Assembly (NCBI GenBank): GCA_036785375.1 | Contig: JAWMAR010000059.1 | Span: 1,736,001 to 1,800,000, forward strand | Origin: Leucoraja ocellata | Taxonomy: Eukaryota | Length of the DNA: 64,000 nucleotides | Reading direction: 5' to 3' | Part shown: piece by piece, positions 50,131 to 63,328 of the stretch | Position numbering within the stretch: position 1 is the first letter of the stretch | Layout: the number at the start of each line of letters is the position of its first letter | The notes under the pieces: generated by a model | Databases searched by the model: none | What the model was told of the DNA's origin: nothing | Seen by the model: only the letters and a program-made list of their open reading frames with translations | Position numbers and translations under genes: made by a program

Positions 50131-50555
50131 TACTCTTTAGAATTTAGAAGATTGAGAGGGGATCTTATAGAAACTTACAAAATTCTTAAGGGGTTGGACA
50201 GGCTAGATGCAGGAAGATTGTTCCCGATGTTAGGGAAGTCCAGGACAAGGGGTCACAGCTTAAGGATAAGGGGGAAATCCTTTAAAACCGAGATGAGAAG
50301 AACTTTTTTCACGCAGAGAGTGGTGAATCTCTGGAACTCTCTGCCACAGAGGGTAGTTGAGGCCAGTTCATTGGCTATATTTAAGAGGGAGTTAGATGTG
50401 GCCCTTGTGGCTAAGGGGATCAGGGGGTATGGAGAGAAGGCAGGTACGGGATACTGAGTTGGATGATCAGCCATGATCATATTGAATGGCGGTGCAGGCT
50501 CGAAGGGCCGAATGGCCTACTCCTGCACCTAATTTCTATGTTCTATGTTTCTATG
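50131..50555 (+). mobile_element. CR1-like LINE 3' fragment, (CTATGTTT)n tail subfamily
   Basis: ORF 50152-50457; a near-identical inverted copy lies at 59794-60220. Confidence 0.88.
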
Positions 50556-52479
50556 ATCATCGCCCCTTAGATCAGACATGGCAGTGTAGACTCGATGGGC
50601 AGAATGGCCTCATTCTGTTCCTATGACATGAAATTTGGGGCGACACCGTGGCACAGCTGGTAGAGCTGCTGCCTCACAGAGCCAGAGACCCGGGTTCGAT
50701 CCTGACCTCGGGTGTTGTCCGTGTGGTGTTTGCACGTTCTCCCCGTGACCGCGCGGGTTTCCTCCGGGTGCTCCGGTTTCCCCCCACATCTCCGACGACG
50801 TGCTGGTTTGTAGGTTAATTGGCTTCTGTAAATTGCCCCCTAGTGTGTAGAATAACACTGAACTAGTGTGGACGGGTGAACAATGGTGGGGCTTGGTGTG
50901 ACGGAGGGCATGTTTCTACGCTGCATCTCTCTAAAGTGAATCTAAACTGGCTTAACAAACTGGTACCAAACTTCCAGAAAGGCTAAAATCACCTTGGTGA
51001 GTAGACTTGAATCCAGGAAGACAATTGGGTTGTGACATCAAGGAGGGGGAGTCTTGGACCAGAAGCCACAGCCTCAGAATAAAAGGACCTACCTTTAGAG
51101 ATGAGGATGAATTTCTTTCGTCAGAAGGTGGTGAATCTGTGGAATTCATTGCCACAGACGGCTGTGGAGGCCAAGTCAGTGGATAGTTCTAAGGGGGAGA
51201 TAGCTAGATTCTTGATTAGTATGGGTGTCTGGGGTTATGGGGAGAAGGCAGGAGAATGGGGTTGAGAGGGAGAGATAGATCAGCCATGATTGAATGGCGG
51301 AGTAGACTTGATGGGCCGAATGGCCTAATTCTGTTCCTGTAAGTTATGATCTTATGAACCAAGTCTTGCCCGGGAGATATGACCATTGTACTCTCGCACA
51401 GGGCCGCACTGATCTAGGACCCCGTAGTTTAGTGGTGACACAAAGAACTGCAGGTGCTGGGATACTGGAGTAACTCAGTGGGTCAGGCGGACTCTCTGGA
51501 GGACATGGAGAGACGATGTTTTGGGTCGAGACCCTTCTTCGTCCCGGATTCCTCGTAAAGCGGACCAACCCAGTCTACAACGAAGATCCATGGAGGCAGC
51601 TGGCAGCACCAGGGAAAAATCAACGCTACAAGTGTGGGTTTTATCCTTGCAGGTTTCAGGGATTTATCAACAGATCTTCTCCCCTCTCCCATCAGGCAAG
51701 AGGTACAGAAGTGTGAAAACGCACACCTCCAGATTCAGGGGCAGCTTCTTCCCAGCTGTTATCAAGCAACTGAACCATCTATCACCCACTAGAGGGCAGT
51801 CCTGAACTATCACTGGAGACACTTTTTCTCACAGAGAGTGGTGAGTCTGTGGAATTCTCTGCCTCAGAGGGCGGTGGAGGCAGGTTCTCTGGATGCCTTC
51901 AAGAGAGAGCTAGGTAGGGCTCTTAAAAATAGCGGGGTCAGGAGATATGGGGAGAAGGCAGGAACGGGGTACTGATTGGGGATGATCAGCCATGATCACA
52001 TTGAATGGCGGTGCTGGCTCGAAGGGCTGAATGGCCTACTCCTGCACCTATTGTCTATTGTCTATTGACATACGTTTTTGTTGGTTGATTGGCTCCGATA
52101 ACGTGCGTAGGGAGTGGGAGAGAGGGATAAGGTGACACCCGTGAGAACGGGTGATCGATGGTCATGTGGGGTGGGGTAGTCTATCAGCAGAGAAAGAGTG
52201 GACGGGATCAGAGCAGCACCAGTCTCTCTAGTGATGCCTAGCCTCCTCTCCTCTGCATCGATGCTGATCTCAGGTCAGCACTATTCCCCACAGTGAAGAT
52301 GCCCACTCATTCAGCCTGGACCCACCGAGCCTTGAGCTGTTGTCTCATCAGCCCATCATCGGCCACAATGGTGGGGAGGCACCCACCTCACCAGTCTGAT
52401 GCCCATGTCTCATTGTACTAGCAGGGAACTGCTCCCACCTCCCTCTGTGATGTATCAGAGAAAGCTTTGCAATACTTAC

Positions 52480-52661
52480 AGAATTCCGTTCCAGTCATCT
52501 GGGCAAGGACACGGAAAGACTTGGACTGCAGGTTGGCAGCTCTGCGAGTCCATTCATCCACCTCCTGCTGGTGGGTCTGTTGGTGCTGGTTAGCGTTACG
52601 GACCACAGCCTGGTAGACTGGGGAACTGCTGTCGACTAGAGCATCTTTAACATGAAGGTTA
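52480..52661 (-). CDS. LDB3: LDB3 exon (ALP-like motif region)
   Basis: ctctctgttattgcag / gtaagt, 182 nt, phase 2 to 1; [20 protein letters not shown]...[26 protein letters not shown]. Confidence 0.95.
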
Positions 52662-53008
52662 CTGCAATAACAGAGAGAGTCACATTTTACAACAACACCG
52701 CCCCTTGCTCCCGGCCTCCACGAGACTGCCGCTGTTCACCCACCAGCCGGCAGCGTGGGCAAGGCGGGTGACGGCCCTGGAGCTCCGAGCCAGCTCCTCG
52801 AAGCACCAGGTGGTTTTGCCCATCATTTTCTCCAAGGATTCAGAACCCTGATGTTTGCTCCCCTTGTCTCTCTGTGGCAACGTTGGCCAGCTGGGTGGCA
52901 CTAGGACCAGGCGGTGGCCTGAGTGGGGGGGGGGTCTCCACTTGGGGCACCACCTCCAGCGTTTGGTGTACACCGTGCCAACCACCCAGTGCCACTCTGC
53001 GCAAGGTG

Positions 53009-53413
53009 ACAGATTGAGAGGTGATCTCATTGAAACATATAAGATTATTAAGGGTTTGGACACACTAGAGGCAGGAAACGTGTTCCCGATGTTGGGGGAG
53101 TCCAGAACCAGGGGCCACACAGTTTAAGAATAAGGAGTAAGCCATTTAGAATGGAGACGAGGAAACACATTTTCCCACAGAGAGTGGTGAGTCTGCGGAA
53201 TTCTCTGCCTCAGAGGGTGGTGGAGGCAGGTTCTCTGGATGCTTTCAAGAGAGAGCTAGATAGGGCTCTTAAAGATAGCGGAGTCAGGGGATGTGGGGAG
53301 GAGGCAGGAATGGGCTACTGATTGTGGATGATCAGCCATGATCACATTGAATGGCGGTGCTGGCTCGAAGGGCCGAATGGCCTACTCCTGCACCTATTGT
53401 CTATTGTCTATTG
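53009..53413 (+). mobile_element. CR1-like LINE 3' fragment, (ATTGTCT)n tail subfamily
   Basis: RLRGDLIETYKIIKGLDTLEAGNVFPMLGESRTRGH. Confidence 0.85.
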
Positions 53414-53991
53414 ACACTCCAGGCTGGGCATGTCCTCTGTCTGCCGACCGTCAACCAACACACACTGCACGGCGGCACAGCGGTAGAGTTGCTGCCTCAC
53501 AGAGCCAGAGACCCGGGTGCCGTGCATGATCAGGATCGATCCCGGTTCTCTGGCGCTGTGAGGCAGCAACTCTACCGCTGCGCCACCGTGCAGTGTGTTT
53601 GGTGGCGCTGTCTGTACAGAGTTTGCACGTTCCCCCTGTGGGGTTTTGACCGGGTGCTCTGGTTTCCTCCTACACTCCAAAGACGTGCAGGTTTTTTGGG
53701 CAATTGGCCCCTCTGTAAATTGCAGGATGGACTAATGTACTAAGGTGATCGCTGGTCGGCGTGGAGTCACTGGTGCTGTATCCACGCTGTATCTCTAAAC
53801 TAAACTAAACTAAACAACTCAGCGTGGACCCAAGGAGGATCGTGCACCCTCTTCCCCACTCTGCTGTCACTCTGCTGCCAAAGAAACAGCACAAAGCACA
53901 GGCCTTTCCACCACCAGGATTACAGGCGGGACATCACAATGGATGTCAGTGTCTCCACACAAGGAGGGGATGAAGCTTCCAAGCAAAATAA

Positions 53992-54217
53992 TTCCCCTGT
54001 CCCACTTAGGAAACCTGAACGGAAACCTCTGGAGACTTTGTGCCCCACCCGAGGTTTCCGTGCGGTTCCCGGAGGTTTTTGTCAGTCTCCCTACCATCTT
54101 CCACTACCTGCAACCTCCGGCAACCACCTGCAACCTCCGGGAACCGCATGGAAACCTTGGGTGGGGCGCAAAGTCTGCAGAGGTTTCCGTTCAGGTTTCC
54201 TAAGTGGGACAGGGGCA
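53992..54217. mobile_element. PIF/Harbinger-type MITE (same family as 38311, opposite orientation)
   Basis: TIR cccctgtcccacttaggaaacctgaacgg; TAA/TTA flanks. Confidence 0.86.
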
Positions 54218-55819
54218 TTATAAACTCGCTCCTTAGAAACATATAAAATAGGTGCAGGAGTAGGCCATTTGGCCCTTCGAGCCAGCACTGGCTGATCATC
54301 CCCAATCAGAACCACGTCCCTGCTTTCTCCCCATATCCCTTGATTCTGTTAGCCCTAAGAGCTAAATCTAATTGAAAACTTGAAAACTTCCTTCCCTTCT
54401 GACAAAGATGACACGTTTCTTTAATATCCTGAGTTGCAATTCTTTCCCCAAAGGCGTTATCGAGGAACGGGATCATTCAATTCATTGATAGGTTCCGCGG
54501 CCATTTGTATGACCATGTCACGTTTCTGCCCCAGCAGTTCTTGCTTTCAGTTCTGTAGTGAACCTCGTGGCTTCAGTGAACAGCCTCAGGAGCAGTCGGG
54601 CAGCAGGGGGGGGAGATCTGTTGTGTCAGGGCAGCACCGGTCCCTGGGCTAAATACACAGCAGCACCGTGGCAGGGGTCCGCAAAGGGTGAGGTGACAAC
54701 TTTGCCCATCATCCAAACGTGCCTGGAGAATTGGAGGCTGATCAATTTCTTCTTTATTATCACGTCTCTTCAGCTCAGTGAGACTATCGCCGTTAATAAG
54801 CAGAGTTCCCTTGTTCGTACAGAGTGTAACAACAGCCCACTGAGTCCATATGCAAGAGATGCCATGTTTTGGGACCATTTCCCAGTTGCAGCTGTATTCG
54901 GCCACAAAGGGCTGTTGCAGCAGTCGCCTGCAGTTCGATCGGCCCATGAACCATCGTCCCTCTCCTGCACTTGTTCCTTGGAGGAGGGTGTGGGGGGGGG
55001 GGGGGGGTGGGGAGGCTCCAGCAGCTGACCTCCAGGGCGCCTAAGATAAGACCCCACCCCAATTCTTCTCACTGTCCTCGTTTGCCCAGTGTCCGCTGCC
55101 GTCTCCCTCCGTCCCCTCTCAGGGCGAGTTCCCGGCAAGACGAGACGAGACGGGACGGGATACGGCCGTGGATCTTTCGCCGGGATGGGAACACGATAGG
55201 AATGGGAGAAGAGCATGTGTGGTGGACAGGAGTATGGGATAACCTAACAATGGTATCCTTATAACGCAGGCCCCTGGTGCCAGTCGACACTTACACACTG
55301 GGCTCCCCAGGTAGATGGATGTAGTCCTGGAGGACAACAGCTCTGGTCTTCCAGCTTGCTCAGGGAGTGAGAGAGCAGGGGGGTCTCCAGGGTTCCTTCT
55401 CCACTGGTCCCGTCATTCTGGTCCCGCACGTGGACATGTACAGGGAGAGAGAGGCAAGTGACTGCATCGCCCACATCCAGGCTCCACACTCCAAGGCTCT
55501 CTTTCCCCAGCCGTTGCGATGATGAGGGCTGAGAGATTCCATTGGAAGGAGACGTTGAGGAGTTCCCCGGGTCTTCTCCACCAGTCAATAAGATGCTGGC
55601 TGATCTACCGCCCCAATGTCATCTCCATCACAAGGTCCCACATCACTTGGTTCCCCCAGCACGTACGGACGAATGTACAAGGTGGGATCTGTCTCCAAAG
55701 ACAAGGCGACGCAAGGAATAAAGCCACCTCCTCAAAGGGTCACATCACACTGACCTGCTACATCTGTGAATCAGGCTCCAAGACAGAACCAGGTCCAGGT
55801 CATCTGTAGCTGAGAACAT

Positions 55820-56262
55820 GGTGCAGCCCAGACCATCCCACAATCCAACCTCCCTTCCATTGAGTCCGTCTACACCTCACCCTGCCTCGGCAAGGTCAGC
55901 AACATAATCAAGGATGGCGTACCCTGGCCACTCCCTCTTCTCCCCATCTCCCATCAGGTCAAAGGTACAGAAGTGTGAAAACGCACACCTCCAGATTCAG
56001 GGACAGTTTCTTCCCAGCTGTTATCAGGCAACTGAATCATCCTACCACAACCAGAGAGCAATCCTGAACTACCTCTTTGATGACCCTTGGACTATCCTTG
56101 ATCGGACGTTGCTGCCTTTACCTTGCACTATATGTTATTCCCTTATCATGTATCTTTCCACTCGATTGTAATCATGTATTGCTTTTCTGCTGACTGGTTA
56201 GCACGCAACAGGAGATTTTCACTGGGCCTCGGTACACGTGGCAACAAACTGAACTGAACTGA
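55820..56262 (+). mobile_element. Rex1/Babar-type 3' fragment
   Basis: HPGHSLFSP-like, YRSVKTHTSRFRDSFFPAVIR-like coding remnant and (TGAAC)n tail. Confidence 0.75.
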
Positions 56263-58410
56263 GATATTTTGCAGGATAAATATCCCAAAACCACTGGAGA
56301 CTGGAGCACATGACAGAACGTCAGATTAAACTGCAGATTGTTTGCAGTTCTTATAGCAAGAAATATTAATTACATCTTCAGCAAGCCAGGACCTTTGAAG
56401 ATAGCGGACAAATAATAAAGATCAAAATCAGCCGCTCTCTTGCCGTCACCAAGAATCAACATCAAATATCAGATGAATTTGAATAAACCACTGGATAACT
56501 CTGGTTCCCATTTACCAGTGGGACAATTGTTGATCACTGTTGATCAACTCCAATGATCAAACCAAATCCACCACATCATCCCGGACTAAACCAAACCTTC
56601 CTCCACAGTCAATTAACGCAATGTCAACCCAAACTTTCCACATCATCCGGCAGCAGGGAACGGAACGCAACTCCTCACGGCCATTTACATCAAAGACCAG
56701 GCTGTACATCAGTAAGCTATCAATGAACGTTTAGTGTGTGTGTGTGTGTGTGTCTGTGAACATGTGTGTGTGAACGTGTGTGCGTGTGTGTGAACGTGTG
56801 TGTGTGAACGTGTGTGTGTGTGTGAGAGAATGAGAGAGATAGAAAGAGAGATGGAGAGAGAGAATGAGACAGGCAGAAACTGAAAAGAGATGGAGAGAGA
56901 GAGAGAGGGGGGGAGAGACCGGGAGGGAAGGAGATGGCAGGGAGAGAGAAAGGGAGGGGGACAGGGAGAGGAGGTGGGGGAGAGTGGGGGGCGGGGGTGA
57001 GGGAGAGAGGGAGTGTGGAAGGGAGAGGAGGAAGAGGGGAGGGAGAGGGGGGAAAGGGGGAGAGGGGGAGGAAGAGAGGGTGGGGAGAGGGAGTGGGAGG
57101 GCGAGGGAGAGAGAAAGAGAGAATATGAGTGAGTGAGTGAGTGAGTGAGTGAGTGAGTGAGTGAGTGAGTGTGCATGTGAGAGAGAGAGAGAACCATGTC
57201 TGATACAAATGAGCAGAGCCTGCTGGTTTTACTTTGTAAGAGACATCCAGCAAATGCCTTGCTCTACAATCAGTGCCAGCCACTGTAGGGTGGGAGCAAT
57301 GATACACCCCCCCCCCGTCATTCTAAAACACGCACACAGACACAGAGTGACCGTTACTCAGTACGTCTAACCTTCAATTAAAGCAGAAAATGCTGGAAAT
57401 ACTCAGCAGGTCAGGCAGCTTCTACGGAGAATGAAACGGTTAGCACTTCAGGTTCCATAATTAGGCACAAAATGCTGGAGTAACTCAGCGGGACAGACCG
57501 CATCTCTGGAGAGAAGGGAAGGGTGGCGTTTCGGGTCGAGACCCCCGTCTACAGGCTGAGAGTCAGGGGAGCGGGAGACGGGGGTCTCCCTACACAATCC
57601 CACCCTTCAGGTTGATAACTCGAATAGCCTTTGAGCTGAAATTAGCGGTTTCTCACTATTTGGAGTGTAGTTGCAAGAGTCACTTGGAATGGACATAGAT
57701 GGAGTCCATTGAGAACCACATACATTTACAGCATTTGTTCCCTGACTATATTTCACCGCCTCTACGACACCTCCTCCCCTCTCCATATCATACTGATCTC
57801 TGCGCCATCTTGTGACATGATGAGCAATTGAGTTACGTGACCATAGTCGCTACTTGCCGACTCTGGAAGGCGACTCCGGATTGTCAAAGCTGCCACAGCC
57901 AGGCATGAAAACAGTTTTTATCCACGAGTAGTTGCTCTACTCAACAGCCAAAAATCTGTAGCCTCCATTTGATCTGGTATTTTGTTGGTTCACATGCTTG
58001 ATCATGAATGTTTTATTATTATTAATGTTTAGTGTTTTCTGAGTCATTCGTAACTGTCACTGTATGTTGTTACTTGTGGGCGGAGCACCAAGGCAAATTC
58101 CTTGTATGTGAATACTTGGCCAATAAATTTACTTACTTGACAACAAGTAAACTTGTTCTTTGTACAGAAAAATAATCCAGATCGCAAGTTTCCTGCCATT
58201 TGTTAGCTGGGAGTTGGTTTCGGAGTAAGGGTACGTGTGTCCCCTTGAGATACATGATCTTACGGTCAAACATCTTGGAAAACCCATTGTGCGAAACATT
58301 CCAAAAACGGGAAAACAAGCTTTACCCTTCTGCCCGAGACATTCCAGAGGTTCAGATCAGTCGTGATGAATACAAATGTTAAAGAAGGAACTGCAGATGC
58401 TGGAGAATCG

Positions 58411-58565
58411 AAGGTAGACAAGATTGCTGGAGAAACTCAGCGGGTGCGGCAGCATCTATGGAGCGAAGGAAATAGGCAACGTTTCGTCCCGAAACGTTGC
58501 CTATTTCCTTCGCTCCATAGATGCTGCCTCACCCGCTGAGTTTCTCCAGCAATCTTGTCTACCTT
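58411..58565. mobile_element. Near-perfect Penelope-derived palindrome
   Basis: Same family as 21837; loop tcc; one mismatch between the arms. Confidence 0.88.
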
Positions 58566-58580
58566 TGAATACAAATATCA

Positions 58581-58900
58581 AAGCCCTGTCCCACGGTACG
58601 AGTTCATTCCAAGAGCTCTCCCGAGTTTAAAAAAATTCAAACTCGTGGTAAGCACGGAGAATGACCCCGAGCTCCGACGTAGCGGGCACGTTGGAGCTCG
58701 GGGACGTCTCTTAGCGCTTACGGGAGGCACTCGAGAAGACTCGCTAACGGCAGGTAAGCACGGGAAGACTCGCGAAGATTTTTCAAACGCGATGAAAAAT
58801 GTCCACGAGAGCCCCGAGCATTCTCCGTAAATCTCCGAGTTCGAATCAGGGCAAACTCGGGAGAACTCTCGGAATGAACGCGTACCGTGGGACAGGGCTT
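58581..58900. mobile_element. PIF/Harbinger-type MITE
   Basis: TIR aagccctgtcccacggtacg; TCA repeated at both flanks. Confidence 0.82.
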
Positions 58901-59793
58901 TCACTTTTCTCTCAGCTCGAGTCTAAACCAGGATGCAAAGGGAAAAAACACGACCACGGTGGTTAGCTCGGGTTAGCAAACAAAACGGAAAACTAATTAC
59001 AGTCAGGGTTTGCTAGTGAGGGTGTAAACCTTGAACACTCAGTGTCAATATGTTTTGATGTGAGTACATTTTACACACTCAACCCGACATTACATGCAGC
59101 ACTGTGGATGGAGAGGTTGAGGGGCAGACATCAACATTTCAAGTACACACGGATTTCTAACAAAAGCACAAAATCATTGACTGGATATATAAAGACCATG
59201 GCCACCCGGATTTTCAGAACCGCATTTGAAACGCTGGCGGTATGTCGATCATCTTAAAAACAGCGAAGGACTTAACCGACCCACCAGATCGTGGTGGATC
59301 TAAGGAGATACTAAGAAGGTTGGTGCAGCAGTAAATCTTCAGCCTAACGTGCCCGCGCTGATCAACATCTCCCAGCCACACTGGTCCCACCTGCATGTAT
59401 TTGGTCCATATCCCTCCAAACCTGTCCTATCCATGTACCTGTCTGTTTCTTTTTACGTTGGGATAGTCCCAGCCTCAACTACCTCCTCCGGCAGCTCATT
59501 CCATACACCTTGTGTGAAAAAGTTACCCTTCAGATTCCTATTAAATCTTCTCCCCTTCACCTTAAACCTGTGTCCTCTGGTCCTCGATTCCCTTGCTCTG
59601 GGCAAGAGATTCTGTGCATCTACCCGATCTATTCCTCTCATGATTTTATACACCTCTATAAGATGACCCCTCATCCTCCTGTGCTCCAAGGAATAGTCAC
59701 AGCCTTACAAAATGTTCCCTTGGAATATCCCAGCTACCGGCACTTAGTCCATGGCTCTCTGCGCCCTTTTTATAATTCTAGTGCTTGCCTAGT

Positions 59794-60220
59794 CATAGAA
59801 ACATAGAAAATAGGTGCAGGAGTAGGCCATTCGGCCCTTCGAGCCTGCACCGCCATTCAATATGATCATGGCTGATCATCCAACTCAGTATCCCGTACCT
59901 ACCCCCTGATCCCCTTAGCCACAAGGGGCACGTCTAACTCTCTCTTAAATATAGCCAATGAACTGGCCTCAACTACCTTCTGTGGCAGAGAATTCCAGAG
60001 ATTCACCACTCTCGGTGTGAAAAATGTTTTTCTCATCTCGGTCCTAAAAGACTTCCCCGTTATCCTTAAACTGTGACCCCTTGTTCTGGACTTCCACAAC
60101 ATCGGGAACAATCTTCCTGCATCTAGCCTGTCCAACCCCTTAAGAATTTTGTACGTTTCTATAAGATCCCCCCTCAATCTTCTAAATTCTAGCGAGTACA
60201 AGCCGAGTCTATCCAGTCTT
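59794..60220 (-). mobile_element. CR1-like LINE 3' fragment
   Basis: ORF 59899-60201 LYSLEFRRLRGDLIETYKILKGLDRLDAG. Confidence 0.88.
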
Positions 60221-60330
60221 TTTTAAATGTTGTCGGAGTACGTGGTTCCACCACCCAATGCACTCCAAATTCTCTCCATCCTTTGCACCAATGACAAAGA
60301 GCAAAAGGTAAAGACCCTCGTCATAAACTA

Positions 60331-60345
60331 CCGCCCCCTGCTGGT
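60331..60345 (-). promoter_or_regulatory. Candidate CTCF site
   Basis: Minus strand CCAGCAGGGGGCGG matches the CTCF core; unique sequence; motif match only. Confidence 0.4.
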
Positions 60346-61129
60346 GTTGACAGAACCTGCGCCGAACTCCTCGCTGAACGACAGGAAACCAAACAAGAGA
60401 AGGAAGTCACAACCAAAGATCACGACACAATTTCAACATAAACGGCCGGGAACCGAGAAGGGGTCGTCTCCCACCTTGGTGATCGGTGACTGAAATGGTG
60501 TTTCTAGCCCGTCTGAGTTTAGTTGGTTAAGAAATGGCAGTCTGGTTAGGCAAGGTATCATTGTCCTATCGGGATATATGACAATAAAACACTCGTGAAA
60601 AACGGACCTACTTACGCAAACGGAGGTTCGGGACCACTGTGGGGGAGGGTCACATGACCAAACACCGGACAAGGCATTGACCACAGGGTAGATAGACCAG
60701 TGGACACACGGTGACAATGAGAGTTGTGTGTTAGTGATGGGGATTGGGTTGGGGGGAAGGTGTGTGTGAGTGGGTTGAGGTTGGAGAAGGAGGGGGTGAA
60801 GAAAGAGAAGCAACACACCATTAGAAACATAAAGAGTTGAGTTGCAACACTATTCCCCAGATCTACAGAAGATATCAAATGGTCCACGCTGGCTGAAGTT
60901 CTGGTGAGCCACCACAGGATCATCACAAGGTTATGAGGTGCATTTCCCCCCCCGCATAAGCTGCCACCATGGTGTGAGTGAGGCCCAGTTCACATGAACC
61001 AGAGTCTACTAACCTTTGAACAATCCGACACCATTATTTTCCCACCCTTATAAATATCTGTTACACACCGACCACACTTCAATCCTGGGTGGGGTTGTCT
61101 CAGCTTGTTATATTCTGCACTGTGCCTTA

Positions 61130-61326
61130 AGGGCCTGACCCAGTTTCACCACCTCATCCACGACCTCTGCCGAGTTTGCCCTTGACTCATACTCGCAGCA
61201 TTAGTCGTCACAAGGTTGAAGGTGCTCGTGGCATCAAGTAGGTGGGGGCGTTTTTTCAACATGATGAAAAATGTCCACGAGTAAAAAAAAGGTGGTGAAT
61301 TAGGTGGTGAAAGTGGGACAGGCCCT
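61130..61326. mobile_element. PIF/Harbinger-type MITE (diverged)
   Basis: agggcctgacccagtttcaccacc / ggtggtgaaagtgggacaggccct imperfect TIRs. Confidence 0.7.
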
Positions 61327-62234
61327 TTCGTGGCACGGTGCATTGTTGGTTGGGTCGGTTCTCGAGGTTACGGGTGGGTTCTCTCTGTGGTGCTCCAGTG
61401 TTTAACATCACACCCATGGGTCTCAGGTACAGGATCAGAGATGGGTGCAACACGGTGGCGCAGCGGTAGAGTTGCAGCTTTATAGCGCTAGAGGCCCGGG
61501 TTCGATCGTGACAACGCGGGCTTGTCTGTATTGCGTTTGTACATTCTCCCCGTGACCCGCGTGGGCTTTCTCCGGTTTTCACCCACATTCCAATGACGTG
61601 CAGGTTTGTAGGTTAATTGGCTTTGGTAAAATTGCAAATTGTTCCGAATGAGTGTAGGTTAGCGCTAGTGTACGGGGATCGCTGTCTCGGTGGGCGGAAG
61701 GGCCTGTTTCCACGCTGTATCTCTAAACTAAAACAAGCGAAGGTGCCGGTGTTTCTCGGCCCTTATACCTGCCAGCAGGGAGCACACTGTCTCTTCCTTG
61801 CTCCAGAAACAGACCAAAGGGAAGATGGCAGCAACAGCAAGAGCGCTCCGTTAACCCGTTCAACACAAACTAGCAACAAGGCCCAGAGCTCGCACTGCCA
61901 GAGTCTGTGAACTGTAGGCCTCTCTGGTGCAGCAGTGCTGGGATGTCAGGCTTGGAGTGGGTATGAGTATGAGTGTCAGACCTGCACAGGAAGGTGCAAG
62001 CCTTTCTAGACCTTCCCCCGCATAGAGACTGAATGTGACACTTGAAAACCCATGAGTCGTGGCTTGGTAGCCACGGAAACCCCTACTCAGCATTCTGGGT
62101 TACAGGCACTAACTGGTTACTGGGGTCTTGGCAAGGAGCGGGGGCGAGCAGCAAAATCTCTGGAGTGGGGACGTGACTTGGGGAGGGGGGGGGCGGGAGC
62201 TGGTTCCAGTGTGCAAGGACTACCAGTGCCCCAA

Positions 62235-62550
62235 CATACGCACGCACGCACACACACACACACACACAGACACACGCACAGACGCACACACACACACACA
62301 CACACGCATACATGCACAGACACACACGCCCACACGCACACACAGAGACACATACACAGACGCATACATACACACACACAGACGCACACACACAGAGACA
62401 CATACTCAGACGCATACATACACACACCCACACACAGACACACACGCCCACACGCACACACACAGAGACACACACACAGACGCACACACACACACAGACG
62501 CACACACCCACAGGCACGCACACAGATGCACACACCACATACATACACAC
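62235..62550. repeat. (CA)n-type microsatellite
   Basis: Degenerate CA/GA/CG dinucleotide tract. Confidence 0.93.
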
Positions 62551-63124
62551 TCATGGACACAAGGAACTGCAGATGCTGCTTTACTGAAGAAAAGACACTG
62601 AGTGTTAGAGTGGGTCAGGCAGCATCTCTGGGGAGCATGGATAGGTGGTTTCATGTCGGCCCCGTCTTCAGACTGATTTAATAGGCCACAAGTCTACCAT
62701 TGATTAAGCACCATTCATTAAATCATATTGTTATAGTGTGGGTGGCGCGGTGGTGCAGCTGGTAGAGCTGCTGCCTCACAGCGCCAGAGACCCGGGTTCG
62801 ATCCCGACCTTGGGTACTGCCTGTGTGTGAAGTTTGCACGTTCCCCCCCCCCCCCCCCCCCCCCCCGCCCCGCCTCCCCCCCCGTGTGACCACGTGGGTT
62901 TCCTCCGGGCGCTCCGGTTTCCTCCCACATCCCAAAGACGTGCGGTTTTGCGGGTGAATGTGTCCCTGGTGTGCAGGGAGTGGATGAGAGAAAAGTGGGA
63001 GAACATGGAGGTAGTTCGATCGCTGGTCAGCATGGACTGAGTGGGCCGAGTGGCCTGTTTCCGAGCTGCATCTTTCCATTGTTGCATGTTCCCCCTGCAT
63101 GCACTCGGGGAGTAGCGGGCATAC

Positions 63125-63328
63125 CTGGAGAGGTCGCTGCCCCTGGCGTGAGCCTGGCCTGCGATGGCATCCATGATGGCATCTTGAGAGTACATGCTGA
63201 TGGGAGTGTTGTACTGGGCATGGATGATGGTGGCCTTCCCCCCCGGGCCCTTCACTTCGATGGGCTTGTGTGTGGACATCACCGAATCCTTCAGCACGTT
63301 GGGGTTGAAGCGCTCCACATAGTTGCTA
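63125..63328 (-). CDS. LDB3: LDB3 ZM-motif exon (skeletal-muscle type)
   Basis: ctctctccccgtggacag / gtatgc, 204 nt, phase 2 to 2; SNYVERFNPNVLKDSVMSTHKPIEVKGPGGKATIIHAQYNTPISMYSQDAIMDAIAGQAHARGSDLS. Confidence 0.96.

Noticed and set aside
54434-55809. Nested gene in apparently unique intronic sequence
   Set aside because: The ORFs are short, overlap on both strands, and lack recognisable domains or consistent splice structure.
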